Assembly: GCA_034667525.1 (NCBI GenBank)
Contig: JAXDJO010000015.1
Coordinates: forward strand, 52,940 to 116,939
Direction of reading: 5' to 3'
Length of the DNA: 64,000 nt
Source: Actinomycetota bacterium
GTDB lineage: Bacteria > Actinomycetota > CADDZG01 > WHSQ01
In this document: positions 29,683-39,290 of the stretch, piece after piece
Layout of the letters: every line of letters begins with the position of its first letter
Position numbering within the stretch: the stretch's first letter is position 1
Position numbers and translations under genes: made by a program
Notes under the pieces: generated by a model
Told to the model about the DNA's origin: nothing
The model's database searches: none
What the model saw: only the letters and a program-made list of their open reading frames with translations

Positions 29683-30287
29683 TCAGCCTCGCTAAGGCCG
29701 GTCAACTGGGCCCACACGCGTTCGGTTTCGGCCGCAAGCTGCTCGCGACTGCCGTTGTTGGCGATCACGATGTCTGCTCTCGCGACGAGATCGGCTTCGG
29801 AAGCTTGAGCCGCCATCCGGGCCCGGACGTCCGAGCGGCTCATGCCGCGTTGGGAGACGAGTCTGCTCTCCCTGGTCTGCTGGCTCGCGGTCACAACCAC
29901 GACAAGATCCAGATCCCGATCCAAGCCCGTTTCGATCAGGAGGGCAGCATCCAACACCACTATCTCCTGCGTGGAACGCAACAGGTCGAGAGCGTCGGCG
30001 ATCCCCCGCATCACCACCGGATGAACTATGGCGTTCAGAGCGATCCGCCGACTGGGGTCCGCGAAAACGATGTCGGCCAGCCTCTTGCGGTCGATCTCCA
30101 TGGAGCCCGCAGCCAGGATCTCGTCTCCGAACTGTTCGACCACGGAGCTCCAAGCCTCTTCCCCAGGCCGCAGAGCGTCACGAGCAAGGACATCGGCGTC
30201 CACGATCTGCGCGCCGCGTTCCGCCAGGAGTGCCGCAACGGTTGATTTTCCGGCTCCGATTCCGCCGGTGAGGCCGACCAGCAGCAC
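29679..30287 (-). CDS. coaE: Dephospho-CoA kinase
   Basis: 202 aa with the P-loop GLTGGIGAGKST. It has a 4-nt overlap with the downstream HAD gene and the conserved rpsA-coaE position. Confidence 0.9.
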   Translation of the reverse strand: MLLVGLTGGIGAGKSTVAALLAERGAQIVDADVLARDALRPGEEAWSSVVEQFGDEILAAGSMEIDRKRLADIVFADPSRRIALNAIVHPVVMRGIADALDLLRSTQEIVVLDAALLIETGLDRDLDLVVVVTASQQTRESRLVSQRGMSRSDVRARMAAQASEADLVARADIVIANNGSREQLAAETERVWAQLTGLSEAE

Positions 30288-30301
30288 GGGCTAGAACCTT
30301 C

Positions 30302-31915
30302 TTAGGACTGGCCGCGCTCGCGTTTTAGGTCCTGGACGATCGCTTCGATCGACTGATCCGCCCGCGGCGTATCCGTTTCCGCCGGCTGTTCGTCTTCACT
30401 CGGTTCTCCGGCCGCCAGTGCCCCCTTGCCTTCAGAGAGATCTGCCGCCGGCTCCTCGGTGATGATCTCCTCGAGCTCCGGCCCCGGGGCCGTTCCCATG
30501 TCGGACGTGGGTTCGGGGGCTTCGGGGGCGGTTTCTTCAACCGCTTCCGGCGACTCAGCGGTCGACGCTTCGTCTGACGACTCGCTCTCTTCAGGGCTCT
30601 CCTCGGGATCGAGATCGATATCGGTGTGGGCGGGGGCCGCCTCGCGCACCCCGCGCTCGACGTCGGGGATAGCGCTGTTCTCATCGTCGGGCGCGAGCGC
30701 TTGCTTCCGCGAGAGGCTGATCCTGCGCCGTTCGAGATCGATATCGATGATCTTGATCGGCACCTGATCGTGAACGCTTACCTCGTCTTCAGCGCGCTCC
30801 ACGTGGTGGTCGGCAAGCTCCGAGATGTGAACGAGACCTTCGATCGCGTCGTCGACCTCGACGAAGGCGCCGAATGGGACCAGCTTGGTCACCCGGCCCT
30901 GGATCACGTCACCAACAGAATGCTGACGCGCGAACTGGCGCCAGGGATCTTCCTGTGTGGCCTTGAGTGACAAGGAGACCCGCTCCCGTTCAAGGTCGAC
31001 GTCGAGTACCTCGATCTCCACCTCTTGACCGACTTCGACTACCTCGCTGGGATGATCGACGTGCTTCCATGAGAGCTCCGAGACGTGGACCAGGCCATCG
31101 ACACCTCCAAGGTCCACGAACGCACCGAAGTTCACGATCGAAGACACCACGCCCTTCCGGCGTTCGCCCTTCTGCAGCGAGTCGAGGAACTCGTGACGTT
31201 GCTCGGCTTGCGACTCCTCGAGGAACTTCCGGCGCGACAGAACGACGTTGTTGCGGTTCTTATCCAGCTCGATGATTCGGCATTCGAGCTCCTTGCCGAC
31301 GTAGGGCTGCAGATCGCGCACCCGGCGCATCTCGACGAGGGAGGCCGGCAGAAAACCGCGCAACCCGATGTCGAGGATGAGACCGCCTTTGACGACTTCG
31401 ATCACAGGGCCGATGACGGTTTCGTCTTTCTTCTTCTTCTCCTCGATGTTGCCCCAGGCTCGCTCGTACTGAGCCCGCTTCTTCGAAAGGATCAAGCGGC
31501 CGTCGGCATCCTCTTTCTGCATAACGAGGGCTTCGAGCTCTTCGCCTATCGAGACGACGTCCGAGGGATCGACATCGTTGCGGATGGACAGCTCTCGCAG
31601 CGGGATGACGCCCTCAGATTTGTAGCCGATGTCGAGAAGAACCTCGTCCTTCTCGATCTTGACCACGCTGCCCTGAACCAGATCCCCTTCTTCGAAAGGC
31701 TTGATCGTTGCCTCGATCGCAGCCATCAGCTCTTCCTGTGACTCGCCGACATCGTTCTCGACGATGGTTCCCCCGGCATAAGTGCCGCCTGAGGTGGAGG
31801 GGGCCGTTCGGGTGATCAAACCGCCATGGCCATCGGGAAGAGTCTCTTCCGCACCGGCGCCGTTACCGGTAGGCGATATCGAGGCTTCTACAGCCTCGGC
31901 TTGCTCTTGCACCAT
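30302..31915 (-). CDS. rpsA: 30S ribosomal protein S1 with N-terminal extension and long acidic C-terminal tail
   Basis: 537 aa with four S1 OB-fold repeats (GDLVQGSVVKI, GPVIEVVKGG, GVVSSIVNFGAFVDL, GRVTKLVPFGAFVEV). The tail is rich in D/E/P/S. Confidence 0.95.
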   Translation of the reverse strand: MVQEQAEAVEASISPTGNGAGAEETLPDGHGGLITRTAPSTSGGTYAGGTIVENDVGESQEELMAAIEATIKPFEEGDLVQGSVVKIEKDEVLLDIGYKSEGVIPLRELSIRNDVDPSDVVSIGEELEALVMQKEDADGRLILSKKRAQYERAWGNIEEKKKKDETVIGPVIEVVKGGLILDIGLRGFLPASLVEMRRVRDLQPYVGKELECRIIELDKNRNNVVLSRRKFLEESQAEQRHEFLDSLQKGERRKGVVSSIVNFGAFVDLGGVDGLVHVSELSWKHVDHPSEVVEVGQEVEIEVLDVDLERERVSLSLKATQEDPWRQFARQHSVGDVIQGRVTKLVPFGAFVEVDDAIEGLVHISELADHHVERAEDEVSVHDQVPIKIIDIDLERRRISLSRKQALAPDDENSAIPDVERGVREAAPAHTDIDLDPEESPEESESSDEASTAESPEAVEETAPEAPEPTSDMGTAPGPELEEIITEEPAADLSEGKGALAAGEPSEDEQPAETDTPRADQSIEAIVQDLKRERGQS

Positions 31916-32044
31916 GTGCGTCCGGGTTCCTCCTAGCAGAAATGAACCCCCTACCTAGGGGGCCGAATGAGTATAAGTGCGGGCGGTGCAGGCCTCAAGC
32001 CTGCCGCTCGCCGGCGCAAGCCGGAGTCGACCGTCTGGAGCGCG

Positions 32045-32096
32045 GTTTTGGGGTTGAGCAGCCACGCCCTGCGTGGCGGAGCTCGCAAAGAATCAG
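32045..32096 (-). repeat. Copy B of the stop-codon-abutting intergenic repeat
   Basis: See copy A. The TCA at 32093..32095 is the stop codon of the Ser/Thr kinase gene. Confidence 0.75.
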
Positions 32097-33904
32097 GAGG
32101 GGGGGATGAAGGACTGTTTGAAGGCTTTGAAGATGCTCTGGGACGAGGCCCAGTCCGAATCGTGGGTCTGGAAGTTCAGAGCAAAACCGTAGGTGCCGTT
32201 GACCAAGGCCAGATCGACCGCGTGCAGGAGGGTGCCTCCGGACGAGTAGGTGTACTCCCACGCCGACGCCTTCCACCCCTTGAAACTGAAGTTGGGCGAG
32301 ATGCCGATCGTTCGGTAATTCGGATAACGGGCCCCGAACGACTTCGAGTACTCCCTCCAGCGGGCGGCGGGATCCGGGCCGGGGGTGGTAGTCCATGCGA
32401 CCCGCAGGTAGCGGCCGCCGGAGGGATCGTCGAAGTCGAGGTCGTGGCTATCACGGTTCTGCGGCTGCCAGCCCGGTGGGTAGGCGATCGACCAACCCAC
32501 CCCTGTGTTGTTGTAGGGGATCCATCCCTCGGTGGCTCCGATGGCGCCCACGGAAGAGGCGGCACCTGTTGTGGATCCGCCGCTCGCCGTTGTCGATCCG
32601 CCGGTGGCTCCAGGTGACGACGCGGCCGCGGGTGCAGACGCACCCGGTGATGCAATGCCGGCGGCCGAGGATCCTTGGGAGTGCGATCGCTTGTTGTGGT
32701 GAGCTGAGCGACCCGTTACCGCGTTGTTCTGCCTGTTCGTCTGCGACCCGTTCGACAGATGAGAGAGAAAGAAGATCGCTGCGGCCGCGAGGACCGCGAC
32801 CAAAGCCACCCCCAGGACCCGGGCGACCATCGAGCCGGAGCGATCGTCCTGGCCCCAGCCCATGGCCATCTCCGCATGGACCTTCTGAGGCACTCCGGCT
32901 GGCGGCGCGCCGGCCCCCCCGACGTTTGCCTCCCCCGCTGCAGCGGCAGCAACCGCCGTGCCCGGGCTGCGGCGTTGGGGATCCTGGCTCGCCCTCACCC
33001 TCGGATCGGCTTCGGTCTCCCACTCCGACAGGGGCGCTGCGATCGGCGGACCCGCTCTGCGGCCGGTCCGCACCGGCTCGTCAAAGACGAGGGGCTCCAA
33101 CAGGGTTTTGACCTGTGAGGCGCTGGGGCGTGAGACCGGATCCTTGGCGAGCAGCGCGCGGATCACCGGCGTGAGCGCGCCGGCGCGGCGCGGCCTCCGC
33201 GGAGGATCGACCATGACGGACGTAAGGGTGGCCATCGTTTGGCCCTTGTCGAATGGAAGCTCCCCCTCCACCGCGTAGTACATCGTCGCTCCCAGACCCC
33301 ACATGTCGGTGGCGGGGGTGATCTCTGCACCTTGAGCCTGTTCGGGCGCCATGAACGAAGGCGAGCCCAAGATCAGGCCCGAGGCCGTGATCTTCGGATC
33401 GTCCTTGATCCAGGCGATACCGAAGTCGGCGAGCTTGACCGCTCCATCGCTGAGAACCATCACGTTGCCCGGTTTCACGTCGCGATGGATGATCCCGTGG
33501 TCGTGGGCGACCTCCAGAACCTCGACCATCTGACGAGCGATCTTTGCCACCTTGTTCACCGACAGGGGGCCATCCCTTTGGACGAGCTCGGTGATGCTGC
33601 AGGCGTCGATCAGCTCCATCACGATGTACCCGCGGGTGTCATCCCGGATGACGTCGTAAACGGTTACGACGGAGGAATGCGGAAGCCCCGCAGCCGCCCG
33701 GGCCTCACGCAGAACGCGCGCTTGCATCGAGGCGCGGTCCAATTCGGATATCGATCCCGGGAAAACGACCTCCTTCACTGCGACATCGCGTCGCAGAAGC
33801 TCGTCTCTTGCTCGCCACACCTGGCCCACGCCACCCCTGCCGAGTTCCTCGATCAAGCTGTAGCGGCCCGCGATGGAGCGAACGGGGGTCTCCTTGACAC
33901 TCAT
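32093..33904 (-). CDS. Transmembrane Ser/Thr protein kinase
   Basis: The start was placed at ATG 33904 (MSVKETPV...). Contains GRGGVGQVW, VAVK, HRDVKPGNVM, DFGIA and APE motifs, one TM helix, a low-complexity linker and a ~150-aa extracellular domain of unknown type. Confidence 0.9.
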   Translation of the reverse strand: MSVKETPVRSIAGRYSLIEELGRGGVGQVWRARDELLRRDVAVKEVVFPGSISELDRASMQARVLREARAAAGLPHSSVVTVYDVIRDDTRGYIVMELIDACSITELVQRDGPLSVNKVAKIARQMVEVLEVAHDHGIIHRDVKPGNVMVLSDGAVKLADFGIAWIKDDPKITASGLILGSPSFMAPEQAQGAEITPATDMWGLGATMYYAVEGELPFDKGQTMATLTSVMVDPPRRPRRAGALTPVIRALLAKDPVSRPSASQVKTLLEPLVFDEPVRTGRRAGPPIAAPLSEWETEADPRVRASQDPQRRSPGTAVAAAAAGEANVGGAGAPPAGVPQKVHAEMAMGWGQDDRSGSMVARVLGVALVAVLAAAAIFFLSHLSNGSQTNRQNNAVTGRSAHHNKRSHSQGSSAAGIASPGASAPAAASSPGATGGSTTASGGSTTGAASSVGAIGATEGWIPYNNTGVGWSIAYPPGWQPQNRDSHDLDFDDPSGGRYLRVAWTTTPGPDPAARWREYSKSFGARYPNYRTIGISPNFSFKGWKASAWEYTYSSGGTLLHAVDLALVNGTYGFALNFQTHDSDWASSQSIFKAFKQSFIPPS

Positions 33905-34053
33905 GACGTGTGTGTTACCCACGAACTCGAAGTTCTCCCCTGCCACAAGGAAACCGGGCCGTTCCGCCCCAGCTGCGGGGACCCCTGTGATGTCCCGGCA
34001 CCTACGGCGTCCCTCCCCCTCCTGCACGGGTCATCTCAGGGTCCGGCGGCGAC

Positions 34054-36759
34054 TCAGCCCTTGGCTTCCGCCCAGTTGTCGCCGAAGGACATCTCCACTG
34101 CCAGCGGAACCCGCATATCAACTACCTCAGTCATCTCCCGAGTGACCAGCCCGGCCGCCTGATCGGACTCACCGGGGGGCAGCTCGAACACGAGCTCGTC
34201 GTGAACGGTCAGGATCATCTGGGTGGTGAGCCGTTGTTCTCGCAAGGCGCGATCAACTCTGATCATCGCCAGCTTCATGATGTCGGCGGCCGACCCTTGG
34301 ATCGGGGCATTGAGCGCCTGACGTTCACCTATCGAGCGGACACGCGGGTTCCCGCTGCCGAGCTCGGGCAGGTACCGGCGCCGACCGAACATCGTGGTCG
34401 TGAATCCGTCGGCGTAGGCCTGGGAGACGATCTGGTCTAGAAAGGTCTTGACCCCCCCGAACACCTTGAAGTACTGGTCCATGATCTCCCGCGCCTCGGG
34501 GACCGGAACGTTCAACCTTTCTGCCAGACCGGGGGCCCCCATGCCGTAAGCGAGGCCGTAGTTCACCATCTTGGCAACGGTGCGGTGCTTGGGGCGCAAC
34601 TCGTTTGGTTCAAGTCCATAAACGCGAGCTGCGGTGGCTGCATGGATGTCTTCACCACTCTCGAAAACCTGGATGAGGATCGGGTCCTGCGACAGATGAG
34701 CCATGACGCGCAGCTCTATCTGCGAGTAATCCACCGACAGGAGGCGGTTGCCTTCTTCGGGGATGAAGGCGCGGCGTATCTGTCTGCCCAGGTCGGTGCG
34801 GATCGGGATGTTCATGAGATTCGGGTTGGTGCTGGAAAGGCGCCCGGTGGCGGCAACGGTCTGGTCGTAGGTGGTGTGCACTCTGCCATCGGATGCATCG
34901 ACCAGCGGCGGCAAGGCGTCCACGTACGTGTTCTTCAGCTTCGCCAGCTCCCGGTAATCGAGCAATTTCTGCACGAAGGGATGTTGATCGACGATCTGTT
35001 GCAACGCACGTGCATCGGTGGACAAACCGCTCTTGGTACGACGCGTCGTCTTAAGACCCAACCTGTCGTATAGGAGGACGCGCAATTGGCTGGGAGATCC
35101 CAGGTTTATGCGTTCGCCGGCAGCCTCGTAGCACTCCGTCTCCAGGACGGAGATCTTCTTATCCAGATCCCGAGCCATCTCCGCCAAGTAGTCCAGATCG
35201 ATCCTGACGCCCGTCCGCTCCATCTCCGCCAGAACCGGTATCAGGGGATGCTCAACCGTCGCGTAGAGGTCTGACATCCCCACGCGGTCCAACTCCGGAC
35301 GGACCACAGTGGCCACTTCGGCCACCGCCAGGGCGCGCAGCGATCCGTCTTCTGCCTCGCGTTCGCTCCGTTCTTCTCCCCCGAGATCCAGCGCCGCCTG
35401 CGCCTCGAGCTCCTCACGCTCGGCTCCCGCGGCCTTCAGCTCGCGGCCGGAATACTTGCGAGCGATCTGTTCGAGCGCGTATCCCGCCGCACCCGGATCG
35501 AGCAGGTAGGCGGCGATATGGGTATCGAGCTCCACCCCCCGCAGGGTGATGCCGGCAGCGGCCGCCGACAGCAGGGCGGCCCGCACGTCGTGCGCGATCT
35601 TCCTCACTTCGGGGTCCTCGAGCACCGGGCCCAGGAAAGCGGCGAGCTCCGCGACGGTGACGCCCTCCCGGCCCACCGGGACGAAAGAGCTCTGATCGTT
35701 CCAGGAGAAGGCGACCGAGCGTGGCACGCCCCGGGGGCTGACGGGTGCAATGTCGAGCGCAAAGGACCCCGCGGCCCGGAGGACGCCGGCGAGCTCCTCG
35801 GCGGCAGCAGGAGTCGAGGCCACCGATACCTCGAGTTCGAACGGGTCCCCCTCGCCTTCTGCCGTTTCCGGAAGGTCGGACAGAAGTCGTTCGAGCAACG
35901 TGCGGAATTCGAGCGATCCGAAGAGCTCCCTGATCTCATCCAGGTCCCAGGGACCCATCCTCAGGTCCGAGATCGTTACGTCGTCGAGAGGCACTTCCAC
36001 GAGCGTCGACAGCTTCTTGTTGACGGCTACCTGGTCGCCGTGGGCGGCCAGGTTCTCGGCCAGCTTGGGAGTTTGCTCGGATGCATGTGCCACGACCTCT
36101 TCCGCGGAGCCGTACTTCTGGATCAGCTTTGCTGCCGTCTTCGTGCCCACACCCGGCACCCCCGGCAGATTGTCCGAGGGATCACCTTCCAGAGCTTTGA
36201 GATCCACGTACTTCCTGGGTGGGATCCCATAGCGCTCTTGGACCGCCTTGGCGTTCATCTCGACGATGTCGGAGATCCCGCGCCGGTTGTAGAGGACGTG
36301 GATGTTGTCGTTGACGAGCTGGAAGAAGTCTCGGTCGCCGGTGACGATGCGAACGTCGACACCCTCCTGCTCGCTGCGCTTGGCAAGGAACGAGATGATG
36401 TCGTCTGCCTCATGACCCTCGAGGACGAAGATCGGCATCTTCATCACCCTCAGAACCTCTTTGATCAGAGGCATCTGAGAGGAGAAGTTGTCGGGGGCCG
36501 CGGACCGGTTGCTCTTGTAGTCGGCGAACTCGGCCACTCTCTCGGTGGGGGCACCCAGGTCGAAGCTGCACGCGATGTAATCGGGACGCTCGTCCTGGAG
36601 CAGCTTGATGAGCATCGCCGTGAATCCGTAGACCGCGTTCGTATGGGTTCCATCCGACGTAGCCAGATCCTCGGGAAGCGCGTAGAACGCCCTGAAGGCG
36701 AGGGAGTGACCGTCGAGCAGGAGAAGCTTTGGTCGCTTGGAACGCTTCGCTGCGGGCAT
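34054..36759 (-). CDS. polA: DNA polymerase I
   Basis: 901 aa with a 5'-3' exonuclease N-terminus (LLLLDGHSLAFRAFYA), a central exo-like domain, and family A polymerase motifs (DYSQIELRV, QVHDELVFE-like TVHDELVFE). Confidence 0.98.
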   Translation of the reverse strand: MPAAKRSKRPKLLLLDGHSLAFRAFYALPEDLATSDGTHTNAVYGFTAMLIKLLQDERPDYIACSFDLGAPTERVAEFADYKSNRSAAPDNFSSQMPLIKEVLRVMKMPIFVLEGHEADDIISFLAKRSEQEGVDVRIVTGDRDFFQLVNDNIHVLYNRRGISDIVEMNAKAVQERYGIPPRKYVDLKALEGDPSDNLPGVPGVGTKTAAKLIQKYGSAEEVVAHASEQTPKLAENLAAHGDQVAVNKKLSTLVEVPLDDVTISDLRMGPWDLDEIRELFGSLEFRTLLERLLSDLPETAEGEGDPFELEVSVASTPAAAEELAGVLRAAGSFALDIAPVSPRGVPRSVAFSWNDQSSFVPVGREGVTVAELAAFLGPVLEDPEVRKIAHDVRAALLSAAAAGITLRGVELDTHIAAYLLDPGAAGYALEQIARKYSGRELKAAGAEREELEAQAALDLGGEERSEREAEDGSLRALAVAEVATVVRPELDRVGMSDLYATVEHPLIPVLAEMERTGVRIDLDYLAEMARDLDKKISVLETECYEAAGERINLGSPSQLRVLLYDRLGLKTTRRTKSGLSTDARALQQIVDQHPFVQKLLDYRELAKLKNTYVDALPPLVDASDGRVHTTYDQTVAATGRLSSTNPNLMNIPIRTDLGRQIRRAFIPEEGNRLLSVDYSQIELRVMAHLSQDPILIQVFESGEDIHAATAARVYGLEPNELRPKHRTVAKMVNYGLAYGMGAPGLAERLNVPVPEAREIMDQYFKVFGGVKTFLDQIVSQAYADGFTTTMFGRRRYLPELGSGNPRVRSIGERQALNAPIQGSAADIMKLAMIRVDRALREQRLTTQMILTVHDELVFELPPGESDQAAGLVTREMTEVVDMRVPLAVEMSFGDNWAEAKG

Positions 36760-36786
36760 CGGTGGGGGTCACTTTACAATCCAGCA

Positions 36787-37470
36787 ATGGCCGGTCCCTC
36801 CCCCGATCTACGCGCCCTCAACCCCGCATCAAAGGAGTACCTCGAAGCCGTCTTCGAACTGGGAGAGGAAGGTCAGCGCATCCTCCAAGCCAGGATCGGA
36901 GAACGTCTCGGCCTCACTCCGGCCACCGTTTCCGAGGGTGTCAAGCGCCTGGTGGGCGAGGGTTACGTGACGATCGACAGCCGCGACATAGCCCTCACCG
37001 CAGAGGGCCGGCGGATCGCCGAAGCGCTGGTGCGACGCCATCGCCTGGCCGAGCGGATGCTCGTGGACATCCTCGGGATCCCCTGGCATCTCTGCCACGA
37101 ACAGGCCGAAGACTGGGAGAAGGTCATGACCGCCGAAGTCGAGGAGGCGATCCTGACGAAACTCTCCGGGGAGGCAACTTGCCCGCACGGCAATCCCATC
37201 CCGGGGACGCACTCTGCGATCCCCTGGTCCGATCTCAAGCCGGTGGCCGCGATGGGGGCCGGGGACGCGGGCTGCTTGACCCGGCTCTTGGAGGACGTCG
37301 AGCTGAATCACGATGTCCTCGCCTACCTCGAGGAGCACCGGCTCATGCCGGGCCACGACTTGAAGGTGCTGGACGTCGCCCCCGATGGAACCCGCACGTT
37401 GGTCGTGGACGGTGATCGAGTCGCGGTCGGACGCGATCTCGCCGACAACCTCTGGGTACTGCCCTCGTAG
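36787..37470 (+). CDS. DtxR/IdeR/MntR family metal-dependent transcriptional regulator
   Basis: Only the C-terminal 227 codons of the 650-aa track ORF are credible. ATG 36787 gives MAGPS...SKEYLEAVFEL, an HTH, the metal-site region (HRLAERML, CPHGNPIP) and an SH3-like C-terminal domain. Confidence 0.9.
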   Translation: MAGPSPDLRALNPASKEYLEAVFELGEEGQRILQARIGERLGLTPATVSEGVKRLVGEGYVTIDSRDIALTAEGRRIAEALVRRHRLAERMLVDILGIPWHLCHEQAEDWEKVMTAEVEEAILTKLSGEATCPHGNPIPGTHSAIPWSDLKPVAAMGAGDAGCLTRLLEDVELNHDVLAYLEEHRLMPGHDLKVLDVAPDGTRTLVVDGDRVAVGRDLADNLWVLPS

Positions 37471-37543
37471 GAACATCGCCGATGCCGCGGGATGCAACCG
37501 GGTTTGACACCCCCCTGTGGGTAAGGGGTACCTTAGAGTGTTC

Positions 37544-37559
37544 CTTAGGGAGCCCTAAG
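37544..37559. promoter_or_regulatory. Perfect 7+7 palindrome with TTAGG/CCTAA half-sites upstream of the FTR1 gene (candidate DtxR-family operator)
   Basis: CTTAGGG-AG-CCCTAAG lies 12 nt upstream of the TTG start and abuts the RBS AGAGGAGG. It resembles the half-sites of the 19-bp iron box TTAGGTTAGCCTAACCTAA, but with shorter spacing. Confidence 0.45.
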
Positions 37560-37570
37560 AGGAGGCCGGA

Positions 37571-38434
37571 TTGAGCAGCGCTTTTCTGATCATGCTGCGA
37601 GAGGGTTTAGAGGGCGCGTTGATCGTCGCCATTCTGCTCGCATACCTCAAGCGATTGGATCACCGCCGCCAGTTCATGGCTGTCTGGGTGGGAACCCTCG
37701 CCGGCGTTGCGGTGGCCCTGGTAGCGGGGACCATCGTCTTTGCAGCCCTGGGACGTTTGCACGGGCGCGCCGAAGCCATCACCGAAGGTGTCATCGCGTT
37801 CAGTGCAGCCAGCGTGTTGACCTGGATGATCTTCTGGATGAGCCGGCAGGCACGGTTCATCAAGGGAGCGCTTCATGCCAAAGTCGATGCTGCGCTTGCC
37901 AGCGGTTCGGCGACCGGATTGGCGTCCATAGCGTTCGTGGCGATCACCCGGGAAGGCTTGGAGTCCGCTCTCTTCATGCTGGGGACGACGGTAGGGGCCC
38001 GCTCGCACGTGCAGGAGTTCATCGGCGGGCTCATCGGTGTGGCAGGGGCAGCGATCATCGGTTACCTCGTCTATCGAGGAAGCCATCTCGTCAATCTCAG
38101 GTGGTTCTTCCGCGTGACCGGCGCTCTCATCATCTTGTTCGCTGCCGGCCTCCTTGCGACCGGCGTGCACGAGTTTCAAGATGGCGGCCTGCTGCCCAGC
38201 CTGCACGAACACATCTGGAACGTCTCGCACATCGCGCTGTTGAATCCCGATCGATCTACCCTCGGACAATTGCTCAAGGGTTTATTGGGCTGGTCACCGG
38301 CTCCCACGATCGAGATGGCTCTCGTCTACCTGTTGTTCCTGATCCCGATCGGAACGATATTTCTGCTTCAGACCAGAAAGGTGCCGGCCGCACGGATCGC
38401 TACGCCCAGTGAGGCTCCCGCTTCCACCAGCTGA
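37571..38434 (+). CDS. FTR1/EfeU family high-affinity iron permease
   Basis: 287 aa, 7 TM helices, two REGLE motifs (REGLEGAL, REGLESAL), TTG start. Confidence 0.85.
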   Translation: MSSAFLIMLREGLEGALIVAILLAYLKRLDHRRQFMAVWVGTLAGVAVALVAGTIVFAALGRLHGRAEAITEGVIAFSAASVLTWMIFWMSRQARFIKGALHAKVDAALASGSATGLASIAFVAITREGLESALFMLGTTVGARSHVQEFIGGLIGVAGAAIIGYLVYRGSHLVNLRWFFRVTGALIILFAAGLLATGVHEFQDGGLLPSLHEHIWNVSHIALLNPDRSTLGQLLKGLLGWSPAPTIEMALVYLLFLIPIGTIFLLQTRKVPAARIATPSEAPASTS

Positions 38435-38478
38435 ATCCGTCTCTGACCCCTCAGCGGAACGAGTCCGACACATAGAGC

Positions 38479-39138
38479 TCAACCGGCCGCCAATTGCGTG
38501 GCCCTCTGGAAGACCGCGTCCGTCATCGCTTCGGTCAGCTTCCCGGTGAAAGTGTTCTGCTGACTCGGGTGGTAGCAACCGAGCAACGTTATTCCCTCAA
38601 GAGCAGCGTCCCTTCCGTGCCCGAAACGAGGCTTCGGCTGGGGAATGTGTGAACTCCCCGCCAGAGCGCGTATGACTCCGCCCCATGCGAACGCGCCGAG
38701 GGCAACGATCACCCTCAGGTGCTCAAGGAGCTCGATCTCGGCTTCGAGATAAGGGATGCATCGATCGCGCTCCTCCGTTGTCGGTTTATTCGCCGGTGGT
38801 GCGCAGCGAACGACCGCTCCTATGTACGCACCCGTGAGCCGAAGACCATCTCCCGGCGCGCTCGAGTCGGGCTGATTGGCCAAGCCCGTTCGGTACAGCG
38901 ATGCGAAGAGCCAATCACCCGATCGATCCCCGGTGAAGAGTCTGCCGGTCCGGTTGCCTCCATGGGCGGCGGGGGCCAGCCCGACTATCAAAACCGCCGC
39001 GTCGGGATCCCCGAACCCGGGCAGAGGCCGGCCCCAATAGGTTTCCGTCGCGTAACTGGCCCGTTTCTCCCGGGCAACGCGCTCGCGCCACTCCACCAGC
39101 CGCGGACAGGCACGGCAAGCCACGATCTGTTGGTTCAA
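38479..39138 (-). CDS. Uracil-DNA glycosylase, family 5 (UdgB-like), Fe-S type
   Basis: 219 aa with the N-terminal cysteines CRACPRL and [22 protein letters not shown], the family 4/5 active-site block. Confidence 0.85.
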   Translation of the reverse strand: MNQQIVACRACPRLVEWRERVAREKRASYATETYWGRPLPGFGDPDAAVLIVGLAPAAHGGNRTGRLFTGDRSGDWLFASLYRTGLANQPDSSAPGDGLRLTGAYIGAVVRCAPPANKPTTEERDRCIPYLEAEIELLEHLRVIVALGAFAWGGVIRALAGSSHIPQPKPRFGHGRDAALEGITLLGCYHPSQQNTFTGKLTEAMTDAVFQRATQLAAG

Positions 39139-39290
39139 CCGCTCGATCTCGACTCCCGCCCCTCCAAGGGCCGGGCGACTCGGAACGCCACTAGCCCCGA
39201 GTCCAACCTGCTCTCGGGCGCGGCCTGCATCAACGATCGCTACGGCCCCGGTCGCATTTGGTCATCGCGAAAGGGTCCGACCAGGTCTGC

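Noticed and set aside
35518-36786. The N-terminal ~420 codons of the 650-aa plus-strand ORF.
   Set aside because: It is entirely antisense to polA, which has unambiguous motifs. It is Arg/Gly/Pro-rich, as expected for a GC-driven open frame. Only the part from ATG 36787 (the DtxR-like protein) is credible.
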